A stretch of DNA of 64,000 bases from Oligoflexales bacterium (GTDB lineage: Bacteria > Bdellovibrionota_B > Oligoflexia > Oligoflexales > JAPPIL01): positions 1,994,514 to 2,058,513 of the forward strand of contig OZ244057.1 in NCBI GenBank assembly GCA_965215515.1, read 5' to 3'. A model generated the notes under the pieces. That model was not told where the DNA came from. It saw only the letters and a list, made by a program, of their open reading frames with translations, and searched no databases. Positions 35,674-44,848 of the stretch are shown here, one piece after another (the stretch's first letter is position 1; every line of letters begins with the position of its first letter). A program made the position numbers and the translations under genes.

Positions 35674-37908
35674 TTGATCGAGCCAGCGAGCGGTATGCCT
35701 TCCGTCGCCACGGAGGGCGGGGAAGATTTTCCTCATGCGGTGTTCGCACAACTGAAAGAGAACCTCGGCGGCTATCTCAACGACACCGATCTGGAGTTGG
35801 TAACTCGTGCCTATCGCTTCGCCGCCCGCAGCCACGCGGGGCAGTTTAGGGCATCGGGCGAGCCGTACATCACCCATCCGCTGGAGGTCGCGAACATCTT
35901 GACGATGATGAAGATGGACACCGCCTCGGTTGCCGCGGCGGTCTTACACGATGTCGTCGAGGATACCGCAACGACGCTGGGGGACATCCACAGCTCTTTC
36001 GGCGCAGATGTTGCACAACTGGTCGATAGTCTTACCAAAATTTCTCGCATCAAATTCCGTTCGAAGCAGGAGCGTCTGGCGGAAAACTTTCGCAAAATGG
36101 TGGTGGCGATGGCCAAAGACTTGCGGGTCATTCTGATCAAGCTCGCCGATCGCCTGCACAACATGCGCACCATCAGTGTTTTGCCCCCCGCTAAACGGAT
36201 GCGCATCGCACAGGAGACGCTCGACATTTATGCCCCGCTAGCAACACGCTTGGGCATTTATGGAATCAAGAGCGAACTCGAAGACTTATGTTTTCGGCAA
36301 GTCAAGAAAGACATCTACAGCGAGATAACTAGCAAAGTTGCGCAGAAAAAAACACAACGGGAACGCTACATAGAAGAGGTGCGTGGCATTATCGCTGAGG
36401 AACTGCAACGCTATGGCTTTAAAGCCAATGTCTATGGTCGTCCGAAACATTTTTATTCTATTTACAAAAAAATGGTTGATCGTAAATTAAACTTTGAAGA
36501 TATCCATGACTTGTTTGCGTTTAGGATTATCGTTGCCACGATCAAGGATTGTTATGAGGCGTTGGGCATTATTCATGCGATGTGGAAACCGATGCCAGGG
36601 CGTTTCAAGGATTACATTGCCATGCCTAAGGCTAACCTTTATCAATCGCTGCACACGACCGTGATACGGCCTGGTGGTGAGCCAGCCGAGATTCAAATTC
36701 GCACCGTCGATATGCATGAGCGCAGTGAGTACGGCATTGCTGCCCATGCTTTTTACAAGGAGAGTGTGAGTAAGAGCAGTAAGACGGATGAAAAGACTTT
36801 CTCGTGGTTGCGGCAGATCATGCAGTGGCAGAGCGAGTTGACCGACCCCGATGAGTTTCTGGAAGCGGTGAAGGTTGAGTTGTTTGAGGAGGAAATATTT
36901 GTTTTCACTCCACAGGGTGATGTCATTCAATTGCCGCTGGGGGGCACAGCGATTGATTTTGCTTTTTCGGTGCACACCGATGTGGGTTTGCATTGTGCGG
37001 GAGCGAAGGTCAACGGCAAAATGGTGTCGATCAAACAAGAAATCAAGTCGGGTGATATTGTTGAGATTATCGCGTCGCCGCATCAGAAACCGAACAAAGA
37101 CTGGCTCACCTATGTGCGCACTTCCAAAGCTCGCAACAAGATTCGTTCTTTCTTACGCAGTGAGAAGCGCCAACGCAGTCATAGCATGGGAGGTGATCTG
37201 CTCAGGACGGAGTTGGAGGCACGGCAACTCAACTACAACAATTTTCTCACCGACGCTGAAAAAGATCGTTTATCTCGTCTGGGCAAAGAGAGTAATTTCG
37301 ACGATCTGCTGATTTCAATCGGGTATGGCAAGGTCAACGTGTCCAACCTGTTGAACAGGCGTTTCAAGGACACTAAAGACGAGCATGTTATAGCGCAGAC
37401 ACGCGGGAAGGCGAGCAAGGCTACCGCACAAAAAGGCGTGCTTATCTCTGGCTTGGACGATATTCTAGTCAGCTTTGGGCGTTGTTGTAGTCCTTTGCCT
37501 GGGGAAGATATTGTTGGTTTTATCACCCGCGGGCGGGGTGTAACGGTGCATCGCAAGACCTGTTCACGTGCGTATGACATGGATCCTCAGCGGCGCATCG
37601 CGGCATCTTGGAAGGGTGGGAGTGACAACGGTGATGACCACCCTTGCTATTTGCGGGTCATGTCAAAGTCTCGCAAAGGCGTGCTGGCGGAAGTTACCAA
37701 TGTCATCGCGGCTCACGGAGCGAACATTTTGGAAGCAAATATTCGCACTACTGAAGAACTGACCGCGGTGCATGATTTTTGTCTTGGGCTTAGCAGCATG
37801 AAGCAGCTGCAAGCTATCATCGGCAAGCTAGAAATGGTGAGCTCCGTTGTCAGTGTCGAGCGCCGTTCCCCCACCTCGCTACGGCAGCGGCGACGGAGTC
37901 GGATGTAG
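35674..37908 (+). CDS. Bifunctional (p)ppGpp synthetase/hydrolase (RelA/SpoT homologue)
   Basis: The HD hydrolase domain reads HPLEVANIL...LHDVVEDT. The synthetase region reads RPKHFYSIYKKM, EIQIRTVDMH. TGS (FVFTPQGDVIQLP) and a C-terminal ACT-like domain follow. The start could be TTG 35674 or ATG 35695. Confidence 0.93.
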   Translation: MIEPASGMPSVATEGGEDFPHAVFAQLKENLGGYLNDTDLELVTRAYRFAARSHAGQFRASGEPYITHPLEVANILTMMKMDTASVAAAVLHDVVEDTATTLGDIHSSFGADVAQLVDSLTKISRIKFRSKQERLAENFRKMVVAMAKDLRVILIKLADRLHNMRTISVLPPAKRMRIAQETLDIYAPLATRLGIYGIKSELEDLCFRQVKKDIYSEITSKVAQKKTQRERYIEEVRGIIAEELQRYGFKANVYGRPKHFYSIYKKMVDRKLNFEDIHDLFAFRIIVATIKDCYEALGIIHAMWKPMPGRFKDYIAMPKANLYQSLHTTVIRPGGEPAEIQIRTVDMHERSEYGIAAHAFYKESVSKSSKTDEKTFSWLRQIMQWQSELTDPDEFLEAVKVELFEEEIFVFTPQGDVIQLPLGGTAIDFAFSVHTDVGLHCAGAKVNGKMVSIKQEIKSGDIVEIIASPHQKPNKDWLTYVRTSKARNKIRSFLRSEKRQRSHSMGGDLLRTELEARQLNYNNFLTDAEKDRLSRLGKESNFDDLLISIGYGKVNVSNLLNRRFKDTKDEHVIAQTRGKASKATAQKGVLISGLDDILVSFGRCCSPLPGEDIVGFITRGRGVTVHRKTCSRAYDMDPQRRIAASWKGGSDNGDDHPCYLRVMSKSRKGVLAEVTNVIAAHGANILEANIRTTEELTAVHDFCLGLSSMKQLQAIIGKLEMVSSVVSVERRSPTSLRQRRRSRM

Positions 37909-37937
37909 GTTTTCTTTCTTGTCATTTATGGGGGCGC

Positions 37938-37962
37938 GGGAGTATAGCCACTCCTCTTTTTT
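37938..37962 (+). terminator. Putative intrinsic terminator after relA/spoT
   Basis: GGGAGT-atagcc-ACTCC is followed by TCTTTTTT, about 30 nt after the stop. It abuts the convergent prmC stop. Confidence 0.55.
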
Positions 37963-38828
37963 CAGTTAGTAGCGCGCAAAGTTTTGCATAACGTCAGGGT
38001 GCGCACCAGGCCGTGCAGGTCACGCACGGCCGCTGTTGTTACTAAACCTTGGGCGAGAAAAGCTTTCTCGGTCGCCTGAGCTGTGTGGGGATTGAGTTCG
38101 ATAATCAATTCTCCCTCCTCTTTCAGCAGTTGCACGGCTAAGGCGGCGAGACGGCGATAGTGAGCTAAACCATGTCGATCGGTGAACAGTGCGAGGTGTG
38201 GTTCGTAGTCACGTACCGCGGCAGACAAACTCGGCTGTTCACGCGGCAAAATATAGGGCGGGTTGGCGACGATAAGATCGAAGAGGGTCGCGGTCGGTGG
38301 CGGGTCGGTAAACATGTCGTGCTGCACAAAGGTAATGTTATGACAGTTGTGCTGTGTGGCATTGCGTGCGGCAACCGCAAGGGCTGCGGTGGAAATCTCC
38401 CATGCGGTGACCTGACTGTGCGGGAATTCACACGCCAGCGTGATGGCAAGGCAACCGCTGCCCGTGCCGATATCGAGAATATGCAGGTCTGCGGTAGCAG
38501 GAAAATTTTTTTTCGCCGCCGTAATCAGCTGTTCTGTCTCAGGGCGTGGAATGAGTACATCCTTATCGACGTAAAAGCTTCGTCCGTAAAATTCTTTCTC
38601 GCCGACAAGATAGGCGATCGGCTCACCGCGTTGACGGCGCAGCAGCAAGTCGTGCAGGTGTGCACGTTGCGTGCGGGTTAACTTTTGTTCGCGGTGTGCA
38701 TAGAGTTGTTCTTTGCGCATTCTCAGTACACGTTGCAACAAGCATTCCACATCGAGTCTCGCGACGGCGGGGACGCGCCACAGGGTTTCCCCGATAGTCG
38801 GGTGTGAGGGAAGGCGGTTAGCGAGCAT
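37962..38828 (-). CDS. prmC: Release-factor glutamine N5-methyltransferase
   Basis: The SAM motif is ILDIGTGSGCLAI and the catalytic motif is IVANPPYI. The start is taken at ATG 38828 (MLANRL...), because the longer ORF runs deep into pgi. Confidence 0.85.
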   Translation of the reverse strand: MLANRLPSHPTIGETLWRVPAVARLDVECLLQRVLRMRKEQLYAHREQKLTRTQRAHLHDLLLRRQRGEPIAYLVGEKEFYGRSFYVDKDVLIPRPETEQLITAAKKNFPATADLHILDIGTGSGCLAITLACEFPHSQVTAWEISTAALAVAARNATQHNCHNITFVQHDMFTDPPPTATLFDLIVANPPYILPREQPSLSAAVRDYEPHLALFTDRHGLAHYRRLAALAVQLLKEEGELIIELNPHTAQATEKAFLAQGLVTTAAVRDLHGLVRTLTLCKTLRATN

Positions 38829-40119
38829 TAGTCGCGGCACATTGCCGCAGGTTTTTTTTGTAAACTTCCACCCCTGGTTGATCGAAGGGATTGACATCGA
38901 GTAGTGCGCCGCTGAGCGCACAAGCAGTTTGCATGAAGGCGAACAGATAACCGAGATGAAATTCATCGAGGTGCGGTACGGTGATATCGAGATTAGGCAC
39001 GCCACCTTTGCCGTGTGCTGCCTGTGTGCCTTGCACGGCAGCGAGATTGAGCTCTTGCAGTAACCTGTTGGTGGCGAAACCGAGCCCATCGTCAGTGTCA
39101 GGGGGGATACGCAGGCGACGTTCAATACCACGTGCATCGTGAGAAGGGGCGGTAATGGTCAGGAAGGTTTCCAGCAAATGACGTTTGCCATCTTGCAGGT
39201 ACTGCCCCAACGCATGCAAATCGGTGGTCAACAACATGATGCTAGGAAAAATGCCTTTGCCATCTTTTCCCTCCGACTCACCGAAGAGTTGTTTCCACCA
39301 ATCGGCGAAGGCACGTAACTTGGGATCGCTACAGGACAACACCTCGATCAACTTGCCGTGGCGATGGCAAGCGTTGCGCAACGTAGCGTACTGCACCGCG
39401 GGATTTTGTGCATTGTGGGGCAGAGAGAAAAAACTCGCAGCACCGCGCAATAGTGCCTCAGTGTCGTATTGTGCGAGTGCGAGGGGAACTAAACCCACCG
39501 CAGTCAGTACTGAATATCGCCCCCCGATATTATCGGGCACGGGGAAGGTCAAACAACCGTGCTGTTTAGCGAAGGCACGCAGCGCTCCCTTTGCGGCATC
39601 GGTGACAACGACAATGCGGGCGTACGCAGCCGCAGCACCGAACCGTTGCGTCAGGTAACTTTTAATCAAGCGAAAGGCAACCGCGGTTTCCAGCGTTGTG
39701 CCGCTTTTGCTGATGACCACGACCACAGGCTCGCTGCGATCGAGTGCGTCGATACATTCGAGCGTCAGCGTTTCCGAGAGATGATAGCCGCAGAAGGATA
39801 ACCGCGGCTTGTCTGTTGGTGGCAGGTAACTGTGGGACAGGGCTTCGTGTACTGCCAGCGTGCCTTGAAACGAACCGCCGATACCGAGCACCAGCACGTG
39901 ATCGTAAACGAGCGGCAGCTTCGCGAGCTCGTCCGAGATCTGGGTGCTGAGTGCGAAACCGTCCCGTTGCGGATAGGCGAAGAATCCCGTCCATTCCCCG
40001 CCACGATAAGTGCCCGCCGCCAAAGCTGCCAGTGCTTCACCAGCCTGCCGCTCCAAGCCGCGAGCTTCTTGCACGATGTCGGGGGGAATGAACTGCTTGT
40101 CAATGCTTGCACTCATCAC
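38818..40119 (-). CDS. pgi: Glucose-6-phosphate isomerase (short bacterial type)
   Basis: VLVLGIGGSFQGT, IGGRYSVLTAVGLVPLAL and LFGESEGKDGKGIFP are present. Confidence 0.9.
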   Translation of the reverse strand: MMSASIDKQFIPPDIVQEARGLERQAGEALAALAAGTYRGGEWTGFFAYPQRDGFALSTQISDELAKLPLVYDHVLVLGIGGSFQGTLAVHEALSHSYLPPTDKPRLSFCGYHLSETLTLECIDALDRSEPVVVVISKSGTTLETAVAFRLIKSYLTQRFGAAAAYARIVVVTDAAKGALRAFAKQHGCLTFPVPDNIGGRYSVLTAVGLVPLALAQYDTEALLRGAASFFSLPHNAQNPAVQYATLRNACHRHGKLIEVLSCSDPKLRAFADWWKQLFGESEGKDGKGIFPSIMLLTTDLHALGQYLQDGKRHLLETFLTITAPSHDARGIERRLRIPPDTDDGLGFATNRLLQELNLAAVQGTQAAHGKGGVPNLDITVPHLDEFHLGYLFAFMQTACALSGALLDVNPFDQPGVEVYKKNLRQCAATNAR

Positions 40120-40265
40120 GTTCTGTCATGTTTAGCCGCGGTTTTCTTTTATCCATGCGAGGGAAAAAAAGCAACGGTGGTGTGAGTTGTCCGTCTCTTA
40201 CTGGGATGAGGAAAATTTAGTTGTCTTAGTGGTGTCGAACGTGATACACTGCTGCGGAACTTTGC

Positions 40266-41963
40266 ATGGGGGAATCGGCGATGAGAAAGGCTTGGTTGGG
40301 TGCTTATCCCGCGGGTGTGGGTGAGTGCATTGATGTCGGTGAAGGGTCTTCGCTGCTCGATCTGTTCGACAGGAACTTCAGCAAGTATGCGCCGCTGCCT
40401 GCGTTCACTAACATGGGCAAGACGATCACTTATGAGGAGCTGGATCGCTGTTCGCGGCAGGTGGCGGTGTATTTAAGCACGCGGCTTAATCTCAGGAAAG
40501 GCGATCGGGTGGCGGTTATGATGCCTAATCTCTTGCAGTATCCTGTCTGTCTCTACGGGATTCTGCGAGCTGGCATGGTTGTTGTCAATGTCAACCCTCT
40601 ATACACGTCGCGTGAACTTGAGCACCAATTACGTGATTCTGGTGCGGCTGCCATTATTATTCTTGCCAACTTTGCCCACACACTGCAGCAAGCTCTGACT
40701 AAAGTCAGTATTAAACACGTTGTTGTCACTAAAATCGGCGACATGCTTCCTCCTTTGAAGGGTGCTCTGGTCAATTTCGTGGTCAAGAGTGTCAAGAAGA
40801 TGGTTCCGCCCTATCAGCTGGGTGATCACTTGCATTTCAAGCAGTTGTTGGGTTGCAGTGCCGAGCACTACCGACGACCGCAAATCGGCGGCGATGATAT
40901 CGCCTTCTTGCAGTACACGGGGGGCACGACGGGCGTATCGAAGGGGGCTGTGTTGCTGCATCGCAACATCGTTGCCAACATTATGCAGGCACGGGAGTGG
41001 ATCAAAGCTTCGCTGGTTGAGGGGAAGGAGACGATCGTTACCCCGTTGCCTCTTTACCACATCTTCTCGCTTACCGCGAACTGTTTTATCTTTGGCTCGA
41101 TCGGTGGTTGCAACTACTTGATTACCAATCCTAAAGACATCCCCAACTTCATCAAGGAGGTAAGAGATCTCAAGTTTACCGCGATCACGGGTGTGAACAC
41201 GTTGTTCAACGCCCTGCTCAGTCATCCTGATTTTCATCAGGTTGACTTTTCGCGGCTCAAGCTCTCGCTCGGTGGGGGTATGGCGTTGCAACAGGCGGTG
41301 GCAGAGAAGTGGAAGAAGATGACGGGGTGCACGTTGGTTGAGGCATATGGCTTGACTGAAACTTCGCCCGCGGCGGTCATCAACCCTCTTGATCTCAAGG
41401 AATTCAATGGCTGTATCGGGTTGCCGATTTCCAACACCGATATTTCTATTCGTGACGATGAAGGAGCGGAACTTTCCGTGGGTGAAGAGGGCGAGTTGTG
41501 GATAAAAGGGCCTCAGGTCATGCAGGGTTACTGGCAACGTCCCGACGAGACCGAGCAAGTCATCGTCGATGGTTGGCTGAGGACGGGTGATGTCGCTAAA
41601 GTCCTCGACGATGGCTATGTCAAGATCGTCGACCGCAAGAAGGACATGATCCTTGTTTCTGGTTTCAATGTTTACCCTAATGAGATCGAGGACACTGTCG
41701 CTCGCCATCCAGGGGTATTGGAGGTTGCCGCGGTCGGTGTGCCCGACAAAAAATCGGGCGAGGCGGTTAAGTTGTTTGTCGTCAAGAAGCACAATTATCT
41801 CACTGCCCAAGAGATTATCGACTTCTGTCGCAAGAGTCTGACCGCTTACAAAGTTCCCAAGGTGGTTGAATTTCGCCAGGAGTTGCCCAAAACCAACGTG
41901 GGTAAGATTCTGCGTCGTGAATTGCGTTCTCCACCCGCACAGGAGGAAGCGCAGGCCTCCTGA
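40266..41963 (+). CDS. fadD: Long-chain fatty acid--CoA ligase
   Basis: The AMP-binding motifs LQYTGGTTGVSKGA, YGLTETSP and GWLRTGDV...DRKKDMILVSGFNVYPNEIE are present, along with a C-terminal PKTNVGKILRREL. Confidence 0.9.
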   Translation: MGESAMRKAWLGAYPAGVGECIDVGEGSSLLDLFDRNFSKYAPLPAFTNMGKTITYEELDRCSRQVAVYLSTRLNLRKGDRVAVMMPNLLQYPVCLYGILRAGMVVVNVNPLYTSRELEHQLRDSGAAAIIILANFAHTLQQALTKVSIKHVVVTKIGDMLPPLKGALVNFVVKSVKKMVPPYQLGDHLHFKQLLGCSAEHYRRPQIGGDDIAFLQYTGGTTGVSKGAVLLHRNIVANIMQAREWIKASLVEGKETIVTPLPLYHIFSLTANCFIFGSIGGCNYLITNPKDIPNFIKEVRDLKFTAITGVNTLFNALLSHPDFHQVDFSRLKLSLGGGMALQQAVAEKWKKMTGCTLVEAYGLTETSPAAVINPLDLKEFNGCIGLPISNTDISIRDDEGAELSVGEEGELWIKGPQVMQGYWQRPDETEQVIVDGWLRTGDVAKVLDDGYVKIVDRKKDMILVSGFNVYPNEIEDTVARHPGVLEVAAVGVPDKKSGEAVKLFVVKKHNYLTAQEIIDFCRKSLTAYKVPKVVEFRQELPKTNVGKILRRELRSPPAQEEAQAS

Positions 41964-41992
41964 GTATCGGACTTAGGTAACGATGTCGGTGT

Positions 41993-43489
41993 TCAGGCAG
42001 CGGGCATACTGGTATTGTGTTCTTTGTTGATACGTCCTTGCTGGCAGGCTTGTGCGAATATCTGCAAAATTTCTGGGTCGAACAGATCGTGACTTTCGGT
42101 AACGAGGCGTTCGGCCGCGACCGTGGTATCGACAAACCCTGTGTAGCTACGTCCTGAGGTCATGGCATCGAAGGCATCGACGATGGCAATAATTCTGGCA
42201 AAGAGAGGTATGTTATCGCCGCGCAGGCCGTCGGGATAGCCAGTGCCGTCCCATTTTTCATGATGGTGTTTGATGCCTCCGACAAATTTTTCGACATCGG
42301 GGATGTTACGCACGATAGCTGCACCGACGTTGGGATGGGTTTTCATGTCTTCGTACTCATCGAAACTCAAGCGAGTTGGTTTTTTGATAATGGCATCGGG
42401 AATGGCAATTTTGCCGATGTCGTGGCACAGAGCACTGACGATAAGATTTTTTTTCTGTTCTGTACCGAGCTGCATTTCCTCGCCAATAATTGTGGCATAG
42501 CGACAGACGCGTTCGGAGTGTCCGTAGGTGTAGGTATCCTTTGCCTCTACCGTGCCGACGATAGTCTCCAGCATTTTGACAAACACCTGATTAAGTTCGT
42601 CGCGCAGCAGCGATGATTCAAGAGCAGCGGCACAAAAATCGCTCAGGGTGTTCAATTCCAATAGTTTTTCCATCTGCTGACTTGACAATCTACGACCGAT
42701 GTCAATATCCATAATCATAAGCATATTGCCACAGCTCTTAATAGGAATGAGTGCTTTCTTGACAATCTCCAGATCACCGACAATCTTCAGAAGAAGACCT
42801 CGCCCTTCGTCTCGCGCAAGGTTATAAACGGTAGGAAATTCCGAGTTCTCTGTGTGGGTAAAATTTTCCAGGAAAAAACTGTTGTTTTTAAAAAACAAAT
42901 AATTAATGCTTTTGATAACGGGCAAAATATGCATAGCTTTGCGCCGTAGCGTCTGTAAAGCCGTAGCGATGTTTTTCTGCTGTGCGACTTCGGCATATTT
43001 CTGATACATACTGTGACTGATGATTTTGCGTGCCGAATGCGGTAACAACTCAACCTTGAATTGCGAGTGTTGTACCATCCCGAAATCAATACGGGTCTCG
43101 GCTTCACGGCGGTGCGGTGAAGGCGGTTTGGGTTTCGCACTCAGCACCTCTACGTTGCCGTGCAGTTTGCCATGGTCAAAGCTGAGTGCAATATGGGTAT
43201 GTCCCGCGGTAATCTGTCCGTTAACCATGATCAACTTGCGAGGGGGAATACGTCTACCATCGACATACGTGCCATTTTTTGATCCCAGATCTTCTACCAC
43301 AACACACTTGCTGCGATAGTCGATACGCAAATGATGTCGTGATATCTTGCTGTCACTCAACACCAAGTGACTGTCACCACCACGCCCGATAAGCAACGGC
43401 AAACGCGTCGTACGATATGTAGAACGACGACCGTCGGCATGCCGCACCGTTAGCATCAGTGCAGAAGTCGCAGAGAGCTGTGCTTTCAT
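41993..43489 (-). CDS. FHA domain / central sensor-like domain / HD-GYP phosphodiesterase
   Basis: The N-terminal FHA domain reads LLIGRGGDSHLVLSDSKISRHHLRI...GSKNGTYVDG. The C-terminal HD-GYP domain reads HSERVCRYA, CHDIGKIAIPD and HHEKWDGTGYPDGL. Confidence 0.85.
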   Translation of the reverse strand: MKAQLSATSALMLTVRHADGRRSTYRTTRLPLLIGRGGDSHLVLSDSKISRHHLRIDYRSKCVVVEDLGSKNGTYVDGRRIPPRKLIMVNGQITAGHTHIALSFDHGKLHGNVEVLSAKPKPPSPHRREAETRIDFGMVQHSQFKVELLPHSARKIISHSMYQKYAEVAQQKNIATALQTLRRKAMHILPVIKSINYLFFKNNSFFLENFTHTENSEFPTVYNLARDEGRGLLLKIVGDLEIVKKALIPIKSCGNMLMIMDIDIGRRLSSQQMEKLLELNTLSDFCAAALESSLLRDELNQVFVKMLETIVGTVEAKDTYTYGHSERVCRYATIIGEEMQLGTEQKKNLIVSALCHDIGKIAIPDAIIKKPTRLSFDEYEDMKTHPNVGAAIVRNIPDVEKFVGGIKHHHEKWDGTGYPDGLRGDNIPLFARIIAIVDAFDAMTSGRSYTGFVDTTVAAERLVTESHDLFDPEILQIFAQACQQGRINKEHNTSMPAA

Positions 43490-43636
43490 AAGTCTTCATC
43501 TACAATGTTCCGTCTCCCCCATCGGCAGATTTTTTGCGGAACTTGAAATAATTATTAATTTTTTCAAAAATATCAGTAAATTACGCTGCGTCTGGGTGTT
43601 TTTTGTCGTTTATGTGCGAGGTTGGCAGGAAACTGG

Positions 43637-44536
43637 CTACAGTTCACTCAAAGTTTTTTTGAGTATTTCGTCATCGTGTAGTGGTTCGTTATCGATGAAT
43701 TTGCGGAGGAAATCGGCGGAGATGGCGAAGTTTATTTTTTGTGTGATATTACCGATTTGCAGCTTGAGTCCTCCCCAGCTGACACCGAGTAGTTTTCCTG
43801 TGGTAAAGTCGAGCAGTGCTGCGCCGCTTGACCCTCTGGTCATGTCGCAGCTGTGTGTCATGCCAAATGGCACCAATCGCCACAGGCCTTTTTTGGGTCT
43901 GCCTTGAACGACGCAGCCATCCGCGGAGACAGCTGTGATAGGGAAGTAGTGGGTAGTGCCAGGTAGTTGTTGGACACTACGGGCAGGGGCCGCAAGGTTA
44001 TGGATAACATGGGGGTAGTGCAGCAAAAAAGCTTCACGCTGGGGGGGTATTGTTCCCCGCCAGAGAGCGAGGGGTTGTTGGGAGGGGGGGAGTTTACGTT
44101 GCAGTTTAAAGATAGCGAGGTCGGCACCAGCGTGTGCGCGCATTGAGCCGCGTGCGCATCTGCGTCCTAGCAAAGGTGTCTCGGGCTGGGAAAAATTGAA
44201 GTAGGCGCTGGTGTGCGCACATGCTGTAGCGGGCAGTCGCGCGCGTGCAGATGCGAAGCAGTGGCGGTTAGTGACGACACGTGGTTGTTGTTCGCCTTTA
44301 GCTGCGGGCAGCAGTGAGCCGAAGCAGTGCTTATATTCGTTTTTCGTCGCGATCACCAGTAGTACGGCAGCGTTGAGGCTGCGGCGCAAAACAGCGGCAT
44401 CTACTTGTCCTGCCTCTTTTGCTACTGCAACGGGCACGATTTCGTTGATCCCGATGATGTTGCCATGTCGTGACAGTAGTTGCCGCGGAGCTTCACAGGA
44501 TAGGAGCAGTAGCGTTATCAGCCATATTTTTGTCAT
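43637..44536 (-). CDS. Trypsin-like (S1/chymotrypsin-fold) serine peptidase, probable lipoprotein
   Basis: The His-Asp-Ser context is VVTNRHCF, GADLAIFKL and CDMTRGSSGAALLD. An internal ATG at 44536 follows GGAGGAGGGG and gives MTKIWLITLLLLSC, a signal plus lipobox. The maximal ORF extends to 44620. Confidence 0.7.
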   Translation of the reverse strand: MTKIWLITLLLLSCEAPRQLLSRHGNIIGINEIVPVAVAKEAGQVDAAVLRRSLNAAVLLVIATKNEYKHCFGSLLPAAKGEQQPRVVTNRHCFASARARLPATACAHTSAYFNFSQPETPLLGRRCARGSMRAHAGADLAIFKLQRKLPPSQQPLALWRGTIPPQREAFLLHYPHVIHNLAAPARSVQQLPGTTHYFPITAVSADGCVVQGRPKKGLWRLVPFGMTHSCDMTRGSSGAALLDFTTGKLLGVSWGGLKLQIGNITQKINFAISADFLRKFIDNEPLHDDEILKKTLSEL

Positions 44537-44848
44537 CGGCAAACACACCCCTCCTCCAACGCGGTCGGCAATAGTGGCTAAAACCAGTAGAGAAGCAACT
44601 ATCTGCTTATTAATATTCATATTTTAGATTGGTTTTTTCAAAAAATGGGCGGGCGACGGAAGGAGATGTGGCGTTGCTGTTGTAGAAAGTGCGGAAGATT
44701 CCAGCTGCACACAAGGGTATTGTGATGATTCCGTTAACAGACCGCTATGAGTATACCGACGAGGCGTTCGTGAGGGGTGGGTGGACTTGCTCCCCAAGAG
44801 CTGTTCACTGGCAAGATTAAGCTTTGGAGTGATTGTTGAGGAGTGAAA

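Noticed and set aside
38829-39137. A 103-codon N-terminal extension of the prmC ORF.
   Set aside because: The extension overlaps the 3' third of pgi in another frame and looks non-coding. PrmC of normal length starts at ATG 38828.
40629-41810. A 393-aa ORF on the minus strand.
   Set aside because: It lies entirely antisense to the well-supported fadD gene, shows no recognisable motifs and has Arg/Leu-rich shadow-ORF composition. The same reasoning applies to 58605-59396 (antisense to sthA), 36487-37083 (antisense to relA/spoT), 10073-10630, 11982-12671, 53483-53920 and 22893-23393.
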